The position numbers and the translations under genes are program-made. From an uncultured virus (IMG/VR IMGVR_UViG_3300028833_000011) (Duplodnaviria; Heunggongvirae; Uroviricota; Caudoviricetes), in the IMG/VR virus record IMGVR_UViG_3300028833_000011: a stretch of DNA of 64,000 nt; one strand, 5' to 3'. This document shows positions 48,681 to 59,274 of the stretch, in pieces. The notes beneath the pieces were generated by a model. The model made no database searches. It was given only the letters and a program-made list of their open reading frames with translations, and was not told the origin of the DNA. Every line of letters begins with the position of its first letter. Position 1 is the first letter of the stretch.

Positions 48681-51600
48681 TTATCTTGTAAGTTCAACCA
48701 TAAACGCGCGTCCGCTTGGGTTAAGGGCGCCTTGTAGTGCCGATTGTATTGACATTTGTATAGCGTGCGTCGCTTGGAGTTGTGCAAGGATTTGCTGGTG
48801 TATTCCGTCCCGCATTTCGTCTTGCATTTCCCAAATGGCGTCGCGTATTTGCGTCAATAGTTCCGAATGCACGTATTGTTGTTGTGTGTTGGCGTTCCAA
48901 TATGCCTCCAACGCCGACGCTTGTTCCTCGGTGATGCCCTTGATGCCCGCTTGCAAGTCGCTAAGTTCGGTTTCCTTGTTGACGCTTTGCGACATGATGC
49001 CAAGCGATTCGAGGTTCTTGTAGAATGCGCCAAGTGCGTCGTTGATGTCCAAGCCCACCTCTTGTGCCAACCGCGCGATGGCCATAAGTTCGTTGGTCGT
49101 CAACGTCATGCCGCCCGCCGATGCCTCTTGCGTGTATTGGTCAACCATGTCGTAAAGGGGTTGCAATAGGTTGCCGACGATTTTGGATGTGATGGCCTTT
49201 TTGATGATGTTTTGCGTTATCTCGTCCATCTTTTCCTCTATCTTGTCAAGCGTTGTTTCGCCCTCGCGCCACGCCTCTACCCACGTATCTACGAAAGATT
49301 CTGCGGCCGACTTTATATCCTCACCGAACAACGAACTTGTAACCTCCTCAATCATGTTTTGGAGTTCGATTTCGGCGTCGGCGATTTGTGAACGCAGGTC
49401 AATAACCTTGTCCTCGTCGTATTTCTTGCCCGTTCGCGATTGCTCAAGCATAAGTTGTCGCCGCAATTCGGTGAGTTGCAGTTGCTTGTTGGCTACGGCG
49501 GCGCGTCTTGCGCTTGTTTCGGCGTCACCCATCGCCTTGTTGATGGTGTTTTGCAACCTCTTGTAGGCGATTTCCAAGTTTTTCACCGCCCTTTCGCTTT
49601 CTTCGATTTGCTTGGTGATTTTCCTGTCTTTCCTATTGGAAATAAAGTTGAATACGCCGTAAATCGCGCTAAGTGCGGCCGAGATAGCCAAAAGCCATAC
49701 GTTAGAGGCCTTTAGTGCCTCCAACGCCACGCCTACGGCAACGATGATTGGAATAAGCATCTTAAAGCCCTTGGTGATGTCGTCGATGGCGTCGGCCGTT
49801 TCGTTGTCGCCGAACTCGCGGAATATGTCGCTTATTGACGAAAAGACTTGTTCGGCCGATTGCAGGGACTTGGCCGTTGCATCTACGCTGCTAATAACCT
49901 TGGCTTGCGCCTTGGTGACGGCGTTTTCGGCGTCGGCCACGTTGATTTCGGCCTTGGCTTGGCGCTTTTTCGCCTCCGTAAGGTTGTTTGTGGCCTTGGC
50001 AACCTCGTTTGGTGACGCATCCTCGGTAAGCCTGTTAAGTTCGATTTCGGCGTTGATGACGGCCTTGTTGGCAATGTCAAGTTGCTTGCGGTTGTATGCC
50101 AACGTTTCGCTTGCGTCCGACCATTCCTTGATGCCGCTGATGATACCCGCGAAAGGATTGCGTTTTACGCGCATCTTTTCGGCATCCTCGAGGGCTTGCA
50201 TCAACGCTTTCATCGATGCTGGGTCTTCCTTGACGTGTTCCTTTAGTTCGTTAAGACGCTCGATGATGCGGTCAATCGTGTTTGTGGACACGTTTTCGAG
50301 GTTTTCAAACGTCTTGGCGTAAAGGTCGCTATCCTTGAACGACTCCCACCATACCTTGCTTATGCCTTGCTCTTGTTCCTTGTTCGTCGCATCCAACGCT
50401 TGCATTGCAATAGGCTTTCCCTTGGTGACTTTTTCAAGTATCTTGGCTAATTCGTCTTGCAAGCGGGTGATTTCGGACGGGTCTTGCGACAACTTGATTT
50501 TGCTTGTAAGGTCAAGTGCCTTCCCCACGTCCTCGTCCTCGCCGAAACGACGGACGATTGTGAGTTGTTGTTCGGCGTTGTCCTTGTAAATCTTCATCAT
50601 CTTGGCTTGGATGTCGCCGTACTTTTCGACAAGTTTCGACCATTCCTCGATTTGTGACTTGCTTTCTTTAAGTCTTAGGTCGCTTGCATACTTGCGTATC
50701 TTGTCAAGCGCCTTCACGAAATTGTCGTCAAGCAAATGGCCGTTTTGTTCCACCCACTCTTTGAACTTGTCGGCATTAAGCGAATCTACAAGGTTGAATG
50801 TTTCGCTTATGTTAGCGTCTTTCAATACCTTGTCGATGCCTTTTTGTAGGCGTGCTACGACTTGGTTGTAGGTGCGCGGCAAGTCGCGAACGTCGTCGTC
50901 GGAAAGACCCATCATCTCCTTAAACACCTCGCCCATTTCGGGTGTTGCATCCATATCTACGGCCAATTCGTACTCGCTCTTTAACTTGTCAAGTTCGGAA
51001 TTAAGGCCGTCCACGACGCGCTTGTAGTCAATCTTGGTAATTTCGACGTTGATGTTTGCCAATGACTTTTCAAGCGTTTCGATACCCTTGGCGTTGTTAA
51101 GGCGTTTTGCCGATTCGAGCAACTCGGTGTAGTAGTCGCGCAAATCGCGCAAATCCATCTTGGCAATGTCATTCGTTGACTTGGTTGTCACGCCCAACTT
51201 GCGCAAAGTTGCGTTGTTGCGCGTCAACGTATTGCTATATTCTTGCGTTGCCTTGTTCAACGCGTCTTGGCCGTTTACGCCCATGTCGCGATATTCCTTG
51301 TAACGCTTGCGCATAGCATCGATGGCTTGCGATATGTTGGCAAAGGCCTCGCCTGCGATGTCCCTTTGCTTGTTGCCTTTCTTTTCCTCCTCGGCCGATT
51401 GGCCAAAAAGTTTAAGAAGTTCGGTGCGTTGGGCAATTTCGTCATCGTTTAGCTTTTGTTGCTGTTTTGACCAATCGCTTTGGTCTTTTGCAAGACGCTT
51501 GTTTTCGGCTTTGAGGTTTTTGATGGCCTTTTGTTGAGTATCAATCCAAGACATGAAATCGTCCTTTTGGGTCGGCAGCATGGACGGGTTGCCGAAATCA

Positions 51601-54545
51601 ATGGTTTTTGGTGCCTCTTCGATTCGTTTGTTGACCTCTTTTTGGAATTCGGTCAATTGGTTAACGTTGAATGTCAAGCCAATACGAATCTTAAGTTCAC
51701 TTGCATCCTGAACCATTTGCTTTACCGCGTCGTAGTATTGCGGCATGGACTTTTGGAAATCCGCGAGCGTTTCCTCAATTGCCTCGTTTTGCTTTTCGGT
51801 CAATTGATAGGTGTCGTCGTAGATTTTGTCGGTGATGTCGCTGAATGCCGACGCCCTACGGCGCAATCTTGTCGTAAACTCGTCCCACAACGATTCGTTG
51901 GCCGAAATAGCGCCGTTTGTCAACTCGCTAAGTTTCTTGTCAAGTTCGATGTCGAAAATGTTGCCAAGTTCACCGCTAAGTTTCGGGTTTTGAATCTTGA
52001 TTTGCGCCCTTGCACGTTCAAGAATTTCGCGCATTTGCAACGGGTCGGTGATGTGATACAAGTCCATAAAGTTCTTGATGCTATTCGCAGTAACGTCTAT
52101 TTCGGAAGACATTTCGTCGTAAGCGGCCTTTATATTGTTGTAATTGCCCGATTTTCCGTCGTCGTTTAGCATAAAGCGCAACGTTTCGTATGTGCCAGTA
52201 AAGTCGTCAAGGGCGTCCTTGTAGTCCTTTATGTCATCGACAAGTCCCTCACCGAATATGCCGAACGTACCCATCGTCTGCGACACCTTTATAAAGTCGT
52301 CGCCCATCTTTGCCATAACACCCTCTACGTCGCGAATACGTGTTGCGTAATCAAAGCCAAGCGATACGCGTTGGTTGATGTCGTCAATTTTGACAAGTTC
52401 GGCCAAAAGCGAATTTGCCGACGCCGACGATGCTAAAAGTTCGTCCGAAAGTGATTCCCACGCCTTTGCACCTTGCGATGCCGTAAGTTTCATTTCCCTT
52501 GCGAGGTCGCGCGTCGCCACGTTACCCTTGTTGTTGAAGAACTTTTGTAGTGAATCGGCGCTTTCGGTTGCGGCCTTGCGGATGTTGTTGTTAAGTTCCT
52601 CGGTAGCCTCGCTTGCTTGGTAGAATGAGTATGCGAGGTCAATTGCGGCGCCAACGACGGCAAATACCCATGTCCAAGGGTTAGCGGCCATAGCCTTCAA
52701 GCCACCAAGCAACTTGGAAACCGCCGCGCCAAGTTTGACGCCTATCCAATCCATTTGCGTTGCTGTGGATTGTGCGGCCTTTGCCCATTTCAATTGTAGG
52801 GCTACGGCGGCAACTTGTAAAAGTTTGACGGCGCCCATGGTGAACACAACCGCTTTGACGGCATGGTCGATAGAACGCCACCCCTCGAACAACGACTTTA
52901 AGAAACGTATTGGTGCCGTCAACAATGATTGGTTGCTTTTGCCAATATCGTTAAGCGCGTTGTTCCACGCCAACGAAAGATTGGCCATTTGAACTTTTAG
53001 CGTCTGCGCTTGCTTTGCTTGAAAGTCAAAGAATTTACCACCCTCGTCGGTAAGTTCGTTCAGAACGGCCATTACGTCGCTATACGACACCATTTTCTTT
53101 GACATACGCGAATATACCTCACCCGTGCTAACCACGCGCCCTTCAAGTTCGCTAAAATGGTCGGCAAGCGATTTGACGATAGGCAAGCCCGCGTTGGCAA
53201 AGTCGCGTGCGTCACGTGCCGTAAGAACTGTTTGTGCGCGAATCTGACCGAGGTTGTACGTAAGACGTTCCATAGGCACGCCAAGCGCCGCACTTAGGTC
53301 GGCCAAACGGCGTGTCGTGTCTACAACCTCGTTGGCGGCAAAGTTGTATGCCGTCAATTGTTTTGCGGCGCCGCCAAGTTCCATAAGCGTGAACGGCGAT
53401 TTCAAGGCCATTTCGCTTAATTCGGCAAACACTTGACTACCACGTTCGAAAGAACCGACAAGGACACCAAGCGAGCGTTCCAAAAGTTCGTATTGCGCGC
53501 GAACCTCATACACTTGCTTAACAAAACTTGTCAAAGCGCCAAGTGTCAAGGCATAGACGATACGATTGCGGATATAGCCGAACGATTGCGCAAGATAATT
53601 GTTCGAATGCGTAAGTTGAACGTTGCGGCCAAGCAATTCGGCTTGTAAGCGCGAAAGTCGTTGGTATTCGCTGCTTATCTTGCTTACATCTTGCGCGTGT
53701 GTTCCGCTTGTGGGGTCGCTGATAACCTTTTTCAGTGCTTTCATCTTGTCGGCAACCTCTTGAACCGAACGTTCGGGCATCTTCAATACATCTGCCAAAG
53801 TAACTGGGTTGTTCGACAACTTGCGTTTAAGCGTATCTATCTTGCTTGTCGTCCTATCGATGGCTTGTTGTACGCGATTAAGCTGAACCTCGTCAAAAAT
53901 ACCCTTGTCGCGCATATCTTGTTGAACCTTTTGAAGACGAGCAAGTTTGTCGTATGCGTCGGAAAGGGATTTTGTTGACATGGAATTTGCCGCATTGAAT
54001 TCCTTTAACAACGGTGATTGGCTTTTCTTTGTTTCGCGTTCGGTGCGTTTGCGTTCGTATTCCTCGAGTTGCGCTTGCGTCATCAATTGGGTTTTAAGCC
54101 TTTCTTGTTGCTTTGCAAGTTCCTCGTTTTGCGTCTTTAGTTCGTCCGATTCAAGTTTCATCGCGTCGCGACGTTGGTTTTCGGCCGCAATGATTTTCTT
54201 TAGTTCGCCGACAGTTTCGGGCTCGGTCGTGCTACCCGTTCCAGTTCCCGAACCAGCACCGCCACCGCCGCCTGTTCCCGAACCTGCGCCCGACGTAGCC
54301 ATAGCCTTTGCAAGCCCCGACATGGATGTAGAGATGCGCGTTATCACCTCTTCCGTCTGCTTGGCTTGTAAGTCTAATGACCCGTTAAAGCCTTGCAAGA
54401 TGCTGACGACGTTTTGCAGATTCCTGTCAAAAGCATCCGTCATGCCCCTTAGTCGCGCATCAACCTCATTAACCATCCTATCTATATTGGATAGTAGTTC
54501 GGAATCGTCAAGATGCCCGACAATGATTGTAGGATTTTCAGCCAT
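48681..54545 (-). CDS. tail tape measure protein
   Basis: 1954 aa, helical; tape-measure core (SPFTLMELGGAAKQL...LGQIRAQ...FANAGLPI). Confidence 0.92.
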   Translation of the reverse strand: MAENPTIIVGHLDDSELLSNIDRMVNEVDARLRGMTDAFDRNLQNVVSILQGFNGSLDLQAKQTEEVITRISTSMSGLAKAMATSGAGSGTGGGGGAGSGTGTGSTTEPETVGELKKIIAAENQRRDAMKLESDELKTQNEELAKQQERLKTQLMTQAQLEEYERKRTERETKKSQSPLLKEFNAANSMSTKSLSDAYDKLARLQKVQQDMRDKGIFDEVQLNRVQQAIDRTTSKIDTLKRKLSNNPVTLADVLKMPERSVQEVADKMKALKKVISDPTSGTHAQDVSKISSEYQRLSRLQAELLGRNVQLTHSNNYLAQSFGYIRNRIVYALTLGALTSFVKQVYEVRAQYELLERSLGVLVGSFERGSQVFAELSEMALKSPFTLMELGGAAKQLTAYNFAANEVVDTTRRLADLSAALGVPMERLTYNLGQIRAQTVLTARDARDFANAGLPIVKSLADHFSELEGRVVSTGEVYSRMSKKMVSYSDVMAVLNELTDEGGKFFDFQAKQAQTLKVQMANLSLAWNNALNDIGKSNQSLLTAPIRFLKSLFEGWRSIDHAVKAVVFTMGAVKLLQVAAVALQLKWAKAAQSTATQMDWIGVKLGAAVSKLLGGLKAMAANPWTWVFAVVGAAIDLAYSFYQASEATEELNNNIRKAATESADSLQKFFNNKGNVATRDLAREMKLTASQGAKAWESLSDELLASSASANSLLAELVKIDDINQRVSLGFDYATRIRDVEGVMAKMGDDFIKVSQTMGTFGIFGEGLVDDIKDYKDALDDFTGTYETLRFMLNDDGKSGNYNNIKAAYDEMSSEIDVTANSIKNFMDLYHITDPLQMREILERARAQIKIQNPKLSGELGNIFDIELDKKLSELTNGAISANESLWDEFTTRLRRRASAFSDITDKIYDDTYQLTEKQNEAIEETLADFQKSMPQYYDAVKQMVQDASELKIRIGLTFNVNQLTEFQKEVNKRIEEAPKTIDFGNPSMLPTQKDDFMSWIDTQQKAIKNLKAENKRLAKDQSDWSKQQQKLNDDEIAQRTELLKLFGQSAEEEKKGNKQRDIAGEAFANISQAIDAMRKRYKEYRDMGVNGQDALNKATQEYSNTLTRNNATLRKLGVTTKSTNDIAKMDLRDLRDYYTELLESAKRLNNAKGIETLEKSLANINVEITKIDYKRVVDGLNSELDKLKSEYELAVDMDATPEMGEVFKEMMGLSDDDVRDLPRTYNQVVARLQKGIDKVLKDANISETFNLVDSLNADKFKEWVEQNGHLLDDNFVKALDKIRKYASDLRLKESKSQIEEWSKLVEKYGDIQAKMMKIYKDNAEQQLTIVRRFGEDEDVGKALDLTSKIKLSQDPSEITRLQDELAKILEKVTKGKPIAMQALDATNKEQEQGISKVWWESFKDSDLYAKTFENLENVSTNTIDRIIERLNELKEHVKEDPASMKALMQALEDAEKMRVKRNPFAGIISGIKEWSDASETLAYNRKQLDIANKAVINAEIELNRLTEDASPNEVAKATNNLTEAKKRQAKAEINVADAENAVTKAQAKVISSVDATAKSLQSAEQVFSSISDIFREFGDNETADAIDDITKGFKMLIPIIVAVGVALEALKASNVWLLAISAALSAIYGVFNFISNRKDRKITKQIEESERAVKNLEIAYKRLQNTINKAMGDAETSARRAAVANKQLQLTELRRQLMLEQSRTGKKYDEDKVIDLRSQIADAEIELQNMIEEVTSSLFGEDIKSAAESFVDTWVEAWREGETTLDKIEEKMDEITQNIIKKAITSKIVGNLLQPLYDMVDQYTQEASAGGMTLTTNELMAIARLAQEVGLDINDALGAFYKNLESLGIMSQSVNKETELSDLQAGIKGITEEQASALEAYWNANTQQQYVHSELLTQIRDAIWEMQDEMRDGIHQQILAQLQATHAIQMSIQSALQGALNPSGRAFMVELTR

Positions 54546-54556
54546 TTTATATGTAG

Positions 54557-54934
54557 TTATTTTTTAGTTCTTTTTGGTACTGGGGCTTCGTATTCCTCGC
54601 CCGCTTTCAACCCGTGTGGCGCAAAGCCCGATATGAAACCTTCAAGTTTCTTTTGTGCCTCAAAAGCATCCTTGTAGTTGTTCCACGCTTTCTTGTCGGC
54701 GCCATGCAAGTATTTCGTATGCGTATTGTCTATCGCCATAAATTGTATTTGTGCGATACTTAGGCGATATAGATAGTCGTCTAATCGGAATTGGGTAAAG
54801 GTTCGGAGGAAGTCGCTTGCGTCCGCAATGATTGTGCTTCCATAAATTGTGATGCTGTCTCCTCCGATTTCTTCTTCCGCGTCAGAAGAGAATCCGTAAG
54901 CATACTCACCGATTTTTTGAGTAAAAAAAAACCC
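54557..54934 (-). CDS. tail assembly chaperone, -1 frameshift (GT-like) extension
   Basis: -1 frame ORF without a good start of its own, entered at G GGT TTT TTT TTA. Confidence 0.7.
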   Translation of the reverse strand, partial: GFFFTQKIGEYAYGFSSDAEEEIGGDSITIYGSTIIADASDFLRTFTQFRLDDYLYRLSIAQIQFMAIDNTHTKYLHGADKKAWNNYKDAFEAQKKLEGFISGFAPHGLKAGEEYEAPVPKRTKK

Positions 54935-55368
54935 GACAAGTCGATGGACTTTATCGCCCCAAGAATGATTGCCGCCCATTGGTTAGTGTCGAACGTAGAG
55001 TTCATAACCTTGGCTTTCATCACCTTAATGTACTTGTCGTTGCGCGACATAACGCTATCAACGTCGTCATACCCGTGTATATCGTCGGGTGTAAAAAGAT
55101 GATTGCATAAGACAATGGCCATTATTTCGCACATGGCGTTAAGGTCGGTGCATAAGGCCAATATCACCTTTTGGTCGGTGTCAAGCGACGAATCGTTTTG
55201 GCGCATATCCATGACAAGATGGCAAATGCGATACAACGAATAATAGCGCATGTTCTTCACGCGATATTCTTTCTCGCCTAACCTTACCAACGACGGCGTA
55301 TCGTTGATTATGTCAACAATGTCCCTTTTTACGTCTATCGGGAAATCCTTAAAATCGTTTTCGTTCAT
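54781..55368 (-). CDS. tail assembly chaperone (G-like)
   Basis: Lies between tail tube and tape measure; likely start MNENDF at 55368. Confidence 0.75.
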   Translation of the reverse strand: MNENDFKDFPIDVKRDIVDIINDTPSLVRLGEKEYRVKNMRYYSLYRICHLVMDMRQNDSSLDTDQKVILALCTDLNAMCEIMAIVLCNHLFTPDDIHGYDDVDSVMSRNDKYIKVMKAKVMNSTFDTNQWAAIILGAIKSIDLSGFFLLKKSVSMLTDSLLTRKKKSEETASQFMEAQSLRTQATSSEPLPNSD

Positions 55369-55409
55369 AGTTTCGTGTGGCGTTGTGGTGTCGTCCTTTC
55401 CGCGTGCAA

Positions 55410-55456
55410 AGAAAAAGGGGAACGCATAGGGATTTTGCATGCCCTAAACGTCCCCC
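55410..55456 (-). terminator. terminator/attenuator after the tail tube gene
   Basis: ggggacg-tttaggg...ccctat-gcgttcccc followed by a T-run on the minus strand. Confidence 0.55.
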
Positions 55457-55488
55457 GCGCCCACGAAAAGAACTATACCAATTTTGGA

Positions 55489-56118
55489 TTAGTTGTTCTT
55501 GGTGTAATAGGTCTTGCCAGTGACAACTGTGGTGTCCCAAGTCAGACGATAGCCCGTGCTGCCGTCATTCTCGTAGTAGCCCTTGGTCTTGGGGTTGCCC
55601 GCTGGACTTACGACGGCCGAGAAAGTAACGTTGGAGCCACCTACAACCTTGTAGAGGTGGTCAACATTGTTGCCGTCGGTGTAAACAAGGGTAGAAATAG
55701 TCACCGAATAGTTGAGGGCGCCGTCCTCATCCTTCTTTACAGTACCGATGGTAAGACCCTTGTAGATGACAAGGCTTGAATTGCCACGCTGGAAATCCAA
55801 CTTCCACTCGTGCTCGGAAGTGAACGCGCTTGGTGCGGCCTCGTAGGTGTCGGTCGATGAATCATAGGAACCGCCGAAAAGATTGGGCAACTCGTCGAGG
55901 TCGTAGTTGGCAAGTTCAAAATTGAACGTCACGGGATTGCCAGCATACTGGATGTCGAATGGCGCATCAAAGAACTCGGCCTCAATCTCGGTGCTTTCAG
56001 GTTCGTCCTGACCAATGGTAAGACCCTTCAAGACGCCCATAAGTGGGGTGTATTCACCATTGCTTCCTACGTCGCGATAGCCAAGTGCAATCGCTTTCAA
56101 AGTTGTTTTCTTTGACAT
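55489..56118 (-). CDS. major tail tube protein
   Basis: 209 aa beta-rich protein in the canonical position, with a short C-terminal DTTVVTGKTYY appendage. Confidence 0.75.
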   Translation of the reverse strand: MSKKTTLKAIALGYRDVGSNGEYTPLMGVLKGLTIGQDEPESTEIEAEFFDAPFDIQYAGNPVTFNFELANYDLDELPNLFGGSYDSSTDTYEAAPSAFTSEHEWKLDFQRGNSSLVIYKGLTIGTVKKDEDGALNYSVTISTLVYTDGNNVDHLYKVVGGSNVTFSAVVSPAGNPKTKGYYENDGSTGYRLTWDTTVVTGKTYYTKNN

Positions 56119-56158
56119 AGTGATTAAGTATTTTTTTAGTTATTGAATTAAGTTAATC

Positions 56159-56584
56159 TTAGATTATAACAATAAAGGACTTGACGAACGTAAAGAACGT
56201 GTTGTTCTGATTGTTGGTTTCGAAAGCGTCAACGGAAATAACGCTATCCTCTTGAACCGAATAGTCGCCGTAGTCGGCCGCTATCGCTTCGTTGATTACC
56301 GCGTTCATCGCCGTTTCATATTGCGTGTACTTTGTCTTGTCTATTCGACCACGACTTTTCGGCGGGATATACACCTCCATATAACAACGTGCATGATTAT
56401 ACGTGTTAGATGCAAATTCGCTTTCGTCAATCAAGTCGCCGACACGTATGACGATAAAGCCGTCTTGAACATCACTTTCCGTCAATTCTTGCGGCTCGTT
56501 CATCCAATAGACGTTATCGCTAACCTTGCCTTTGACAAGGCCTTCAAGGTATTCGTATATTTTGATTCGTGAATCTTCAAGCAT
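56159..56584 (-). CDS. tail terminator / completion protein
   Basis: 141 aa, acidic, precedes the tail tube gene. Confidence 0.6.
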   Translation of the reverse strand: MLEDSRIKIYEYLEGLVKGKVSDNVYWMNEPQELTESDVQDGFIVIRVGDLIDESEFASNTYNHARCYMEVYIPPKSRGRIDKTKYTQYETAMNAVINEAIAADYGDYSVQEDSVISVDAFETNNQNNTFFTFVKSFIVII

Positions 56585-56589
56585 ATTGT

Positions 56590-57201
56590 CTAAAAGAATT
56601 TACGTTTCCAACGTTCCTTGAGTTCCTCGTGTTTGTACTTGGGTACGCTAACGCGGAATCGAACGCGCATCGGCTTTAATTCGGCCTTTACTTGGTCGTA
56701 ATATTCGGTCATAACCGCGAATTGCAAGCGTTGTGAACCGCCACCATAATGGCTTTTCATCGTAAAACCTTGTTCCCAATAGCCCCAATATGGGGCAAGG
56801 ATAGCAAAGAATACGCGCCAACCGCGTGAACCATTGTTGCCATAGGAAAATAGATAGTTGTACGCAAGTTCGTGTCCGTTAACGGGAAACAAATACTTTT
56901 CGTCTCCGCTGAACCATTCGTGTAGGTACGATTCCTCGCTTGCTTTCGCACTGCGATAAAAACCACCCCTTGCAAGTCGGCCTTTGTATGAAACCCCCCA
57001 GCATAGCGAATCAAGCAAGTTGCCCGTTCTATCCATGTGGTTTGCACTATGATAGGCTTTGATAGAGTCCCCGATAGCGACAATTTTAAGTTTTGCGTAT
57101 TCCGCAAGACGTAGCGTTTGTTCGGTGATAAGTTTCTTCGTTACCGCCTCCTTGAACTCTTTTAAGTCAAGCCCGCGTATTGTCGTACTCGTCGCTGCCA
57201 T
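56590..57201 (-). CDS. neck / tail completion protein (HK97 gp10-like)
   Basis: DRTGNLLDS and APYWGYWEQG motifs. Confidence 0.65.
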   Translation of the reverse strand: MAATSTTIRGLDLKEFKEAVTKKLITEQTLRLAEYAKLKIVAIGDSIKAYHSANHMDRTGNLLDSLCWGVSYKGRLARGGFYRSAKASEESYLHEWFSGDEKYLFPVNGHELAYNYLFSYGNNGSRGWRVFFAILAPYWGYWEQGFTMKSHYGGGSQRLQFAVMTEYYDQVKAELKPMRVRFRVSVPKYKHEELKERWKRKFF

Positions 57202-57213
57202 ATCATTATGCCT

Positions 57214-57549
57214 TTACCAACTATTCCTTGTGGCATTGATGCTGACGCCACCCAATTGCGATGGTTCGGAATTGTTAACCACCAAATTGAATGTTTCACC
57301 ATAACGCGTAAGCGTAATCTTGTCGCCCTTTCGCGGCACTATCCATTCCCCGTCGGCATCTTTCTTTAGGGGAATGCTTATGATGTATGTGGACGTTTGT
57401 AGTGTCTTGCCCTCTTCGCTCGTCACCATGTGTTCGTCCATCACGCCATCGTAAATCAAGACCTCGTCGTCATCATCGCTTCCTGCGCCTTGCACAACGT
57501 GCTTGATAGTCCCGTGATACGGGTATTCAAGAATTTCGCCTTTTATCAT
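57214..57549 (-). CDS. head closure (stopper) protein
   Basis: 111 aa, beta-rich; position. Confidence 0.55.
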   Translation of the reverse strand: MIKGEILEYPYHGTIKHVVQGAGSDDDDEVLIYDGVMDEHMVTSEEGKTLQTSTYIISIPLKKDADGEWIVPRKGDKITLTRYGETFNLVVNNSEPSQLGGVSINATRNSW

Positions 57550-57935
57550 GATAATTTGTCAACATCCTCAATCGGAATAATACGTATCTTTTTTGCATTC
57601 GTCAACTCGATAAGAACATCGCCTCTATCGTCCTCGTAACGATTGTAAAGCCTTATTGCATACTTTATCTTTTCGTCTTGATAAAAGTCTTGTTCTTGTC
57701 CTATTGTTTTCTGATAACCATTATGCGATTGACTAAGGGACGCCGTATTAGACGGGCTTAATAGAACCGCCGTAAAGATGATGTCGGCCGTCATCAATTC
57801 GCGTTGCTTCTTGGTAACTTGGTCGCCGTACACCTCCCAAGACGGGTCGCATTCCCTGTCCCAAGCAATCTTTTCAAACGTTGCTTCATCGAACGTGTAG
57901 CGCGTCGATGCTTTAAGCCATTCTAAAACAGTCAT
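57546..57935 (-). CDS. head-tail adaptor protein
   Basis: 129 aa, helical, directly after the major capsid gene. Confidence 0.6.
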   Translation of the reverse strand: MTVLEWLKASTRYTFDEATFEKIAWDRECDPSWEVYGDQVTKKQRELMTADIIFTAVLLSPSNTASLSQSHNGYQKTIGQEQDFYQDEKIKYAIRLYNRYEDDRGDVLIELTNAKKIRIIPIEDVDKLS

Positions 57936-57964
57936 AATCCTTAGTCAATCACATTGTTTGGTTG

Positions 57965-59242
57965 TTAGTTGTCTGCCGTAGTGGTATCTACGCAAACGTG
58001 GTAAGGTGCCTCGTCAAGCACAGTCGCATAGCGGCCAAGCACGTCGGTATGGTACGACTTCAACATGCCGTTCGGAACGACCTTGTTGATGACATTGAGG
58101 AACCCTTGAACGCGGGCAAGCGAGAATTGAATGCCGTTGTTGACCTCGCCGCTACGCATAAGTTCGACGTCGGGTACTTGTGCGTGAACAAGCACGCCTG
58201 CGTAACCAAGTGGACGAAGAACGGCAACTCCTGGCTTCCAACCCTTGACAGTGTGGTAAGAGGTGATGCCTTGAACAGTCTGCTGCTCGCGAACGATGCG
58301 GATAGGCGCAATCTTGGAAATGGGCGAACGGCTATAAGCCACAAGTTGCTCCCAAGTGATAGAATCGACATTGGTGGTCGAACTGCCGCTTGTAACGACG
58401 ATAACCTTGTCGGGGGCGTAAAGGGCGATGTAGCGGTTGACCTCGGCCTTGAATGCGGCGTTGTTGAGAAGAGTGTTGACAACCATGTCCCAAGGCAAAT
58501 CCCATTCAAATGGGGTCGAATCGGGAATATAGTTGGCCTCCTTAAAGTCTGCCTCAATCTTGCGCATCTGCTCTGGGATGTCGCAATCGTTGGCTGACCA
58601 AACCTTGGTGCCAGCGGTCTTGAAGTTGGCAAGCGGGATGTATGCCGATTGTGCGGTCTGAACGCCGCTGAAACCTTGTGTGGTCTTTGGCGAACCCACA
58701 GTGCCAAGATTGATGGTGTTGCCGTATTGACCGCCGCGCGAAAGCGTCATAGCGGCCATATTCGAAACAGTAAGGTTGTGTGCCTTAACGAGGTCGGCCA
58801 CGCCACGAACGAAACCTGTGACAAGGTTTTCGTCGCTGCCAAGTTCGCGTAGGCGTGCCTGAAGTTCGAGTTTGGACATCGAGGTTTCGAAAAGACCCTT
58901 GCCATACTGATAGATGGAACCAGTCTTTTCCTCGAATCCCTCGGCGTCAAGTTGCATCGTTTCGGCAAGTGGTGCCATAGCGTCGGCCATAGGTACCGAA
59001 CGATTGATGCGCTGACGGACAGTCCAAGCGGGGTTTTTCTTCAAGTCGGACACGTCGATTGTGTACTCGCTACCCTCTACGCGGAAATGCTCCTGCCAGA
59101 AGAAAGCGTTTTCCTCGATTTCGATGGTGTTGTCGATAAGTGTCTGCAAAAAGCCGACGTTAGCGCCATCCATGAAACCGCGCTGATAAAGTTTTTCAAT
59201 CGCCTCGTCGGGCGACCAAACGTATTTAAGTGCGTTTGCCAT
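57965..59242 (-). CDS. major capsid protein
   Basis: 425 aa; position after scaffold and decoration genes; optimised codon usage. Confidence 0.75.
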   Translation of the reverse strand: MANALKYVWSPDEAIEKLYQRGFMDGANVGFLQTLIDNTIEIEENAFFWQEHFRVEGSEYTIDVSDLKKNPAWTVRQRINRSVPMADAMAPLAETMQLDAEGFEEKTGSIYQYGKGLFETSMSKLELQARLRELGSDENLVTGFVRGVADLVKAHNLTVSNMAAMTLSRGGQYGNTINLGTVGSPKTTQGFSGVQTAQSAYIPLANFKTAGTKVWSANDCDIPEQMRKIEADFKEANYIPDSTPFEWDLPWDMVVNTLLNNAAFKAEVNRYIALYAPDKVIVVTSGSSTTNVDSITWEQLVAYSRSPISKIAPIRIVREQQTVQGITSYHTVKGWKPGVAVLRPLGYAGVLVHAQVPDVELMRSGEVNNGIQFSLARVQGFLNVINKVVPNGMLKSYHTDVLGRYATVLDEAPYHVCVDTTTADN

Positions 59243-59274
59243 AATTTTTGTCTCCTTTCTTTAGTTGTGATGAA

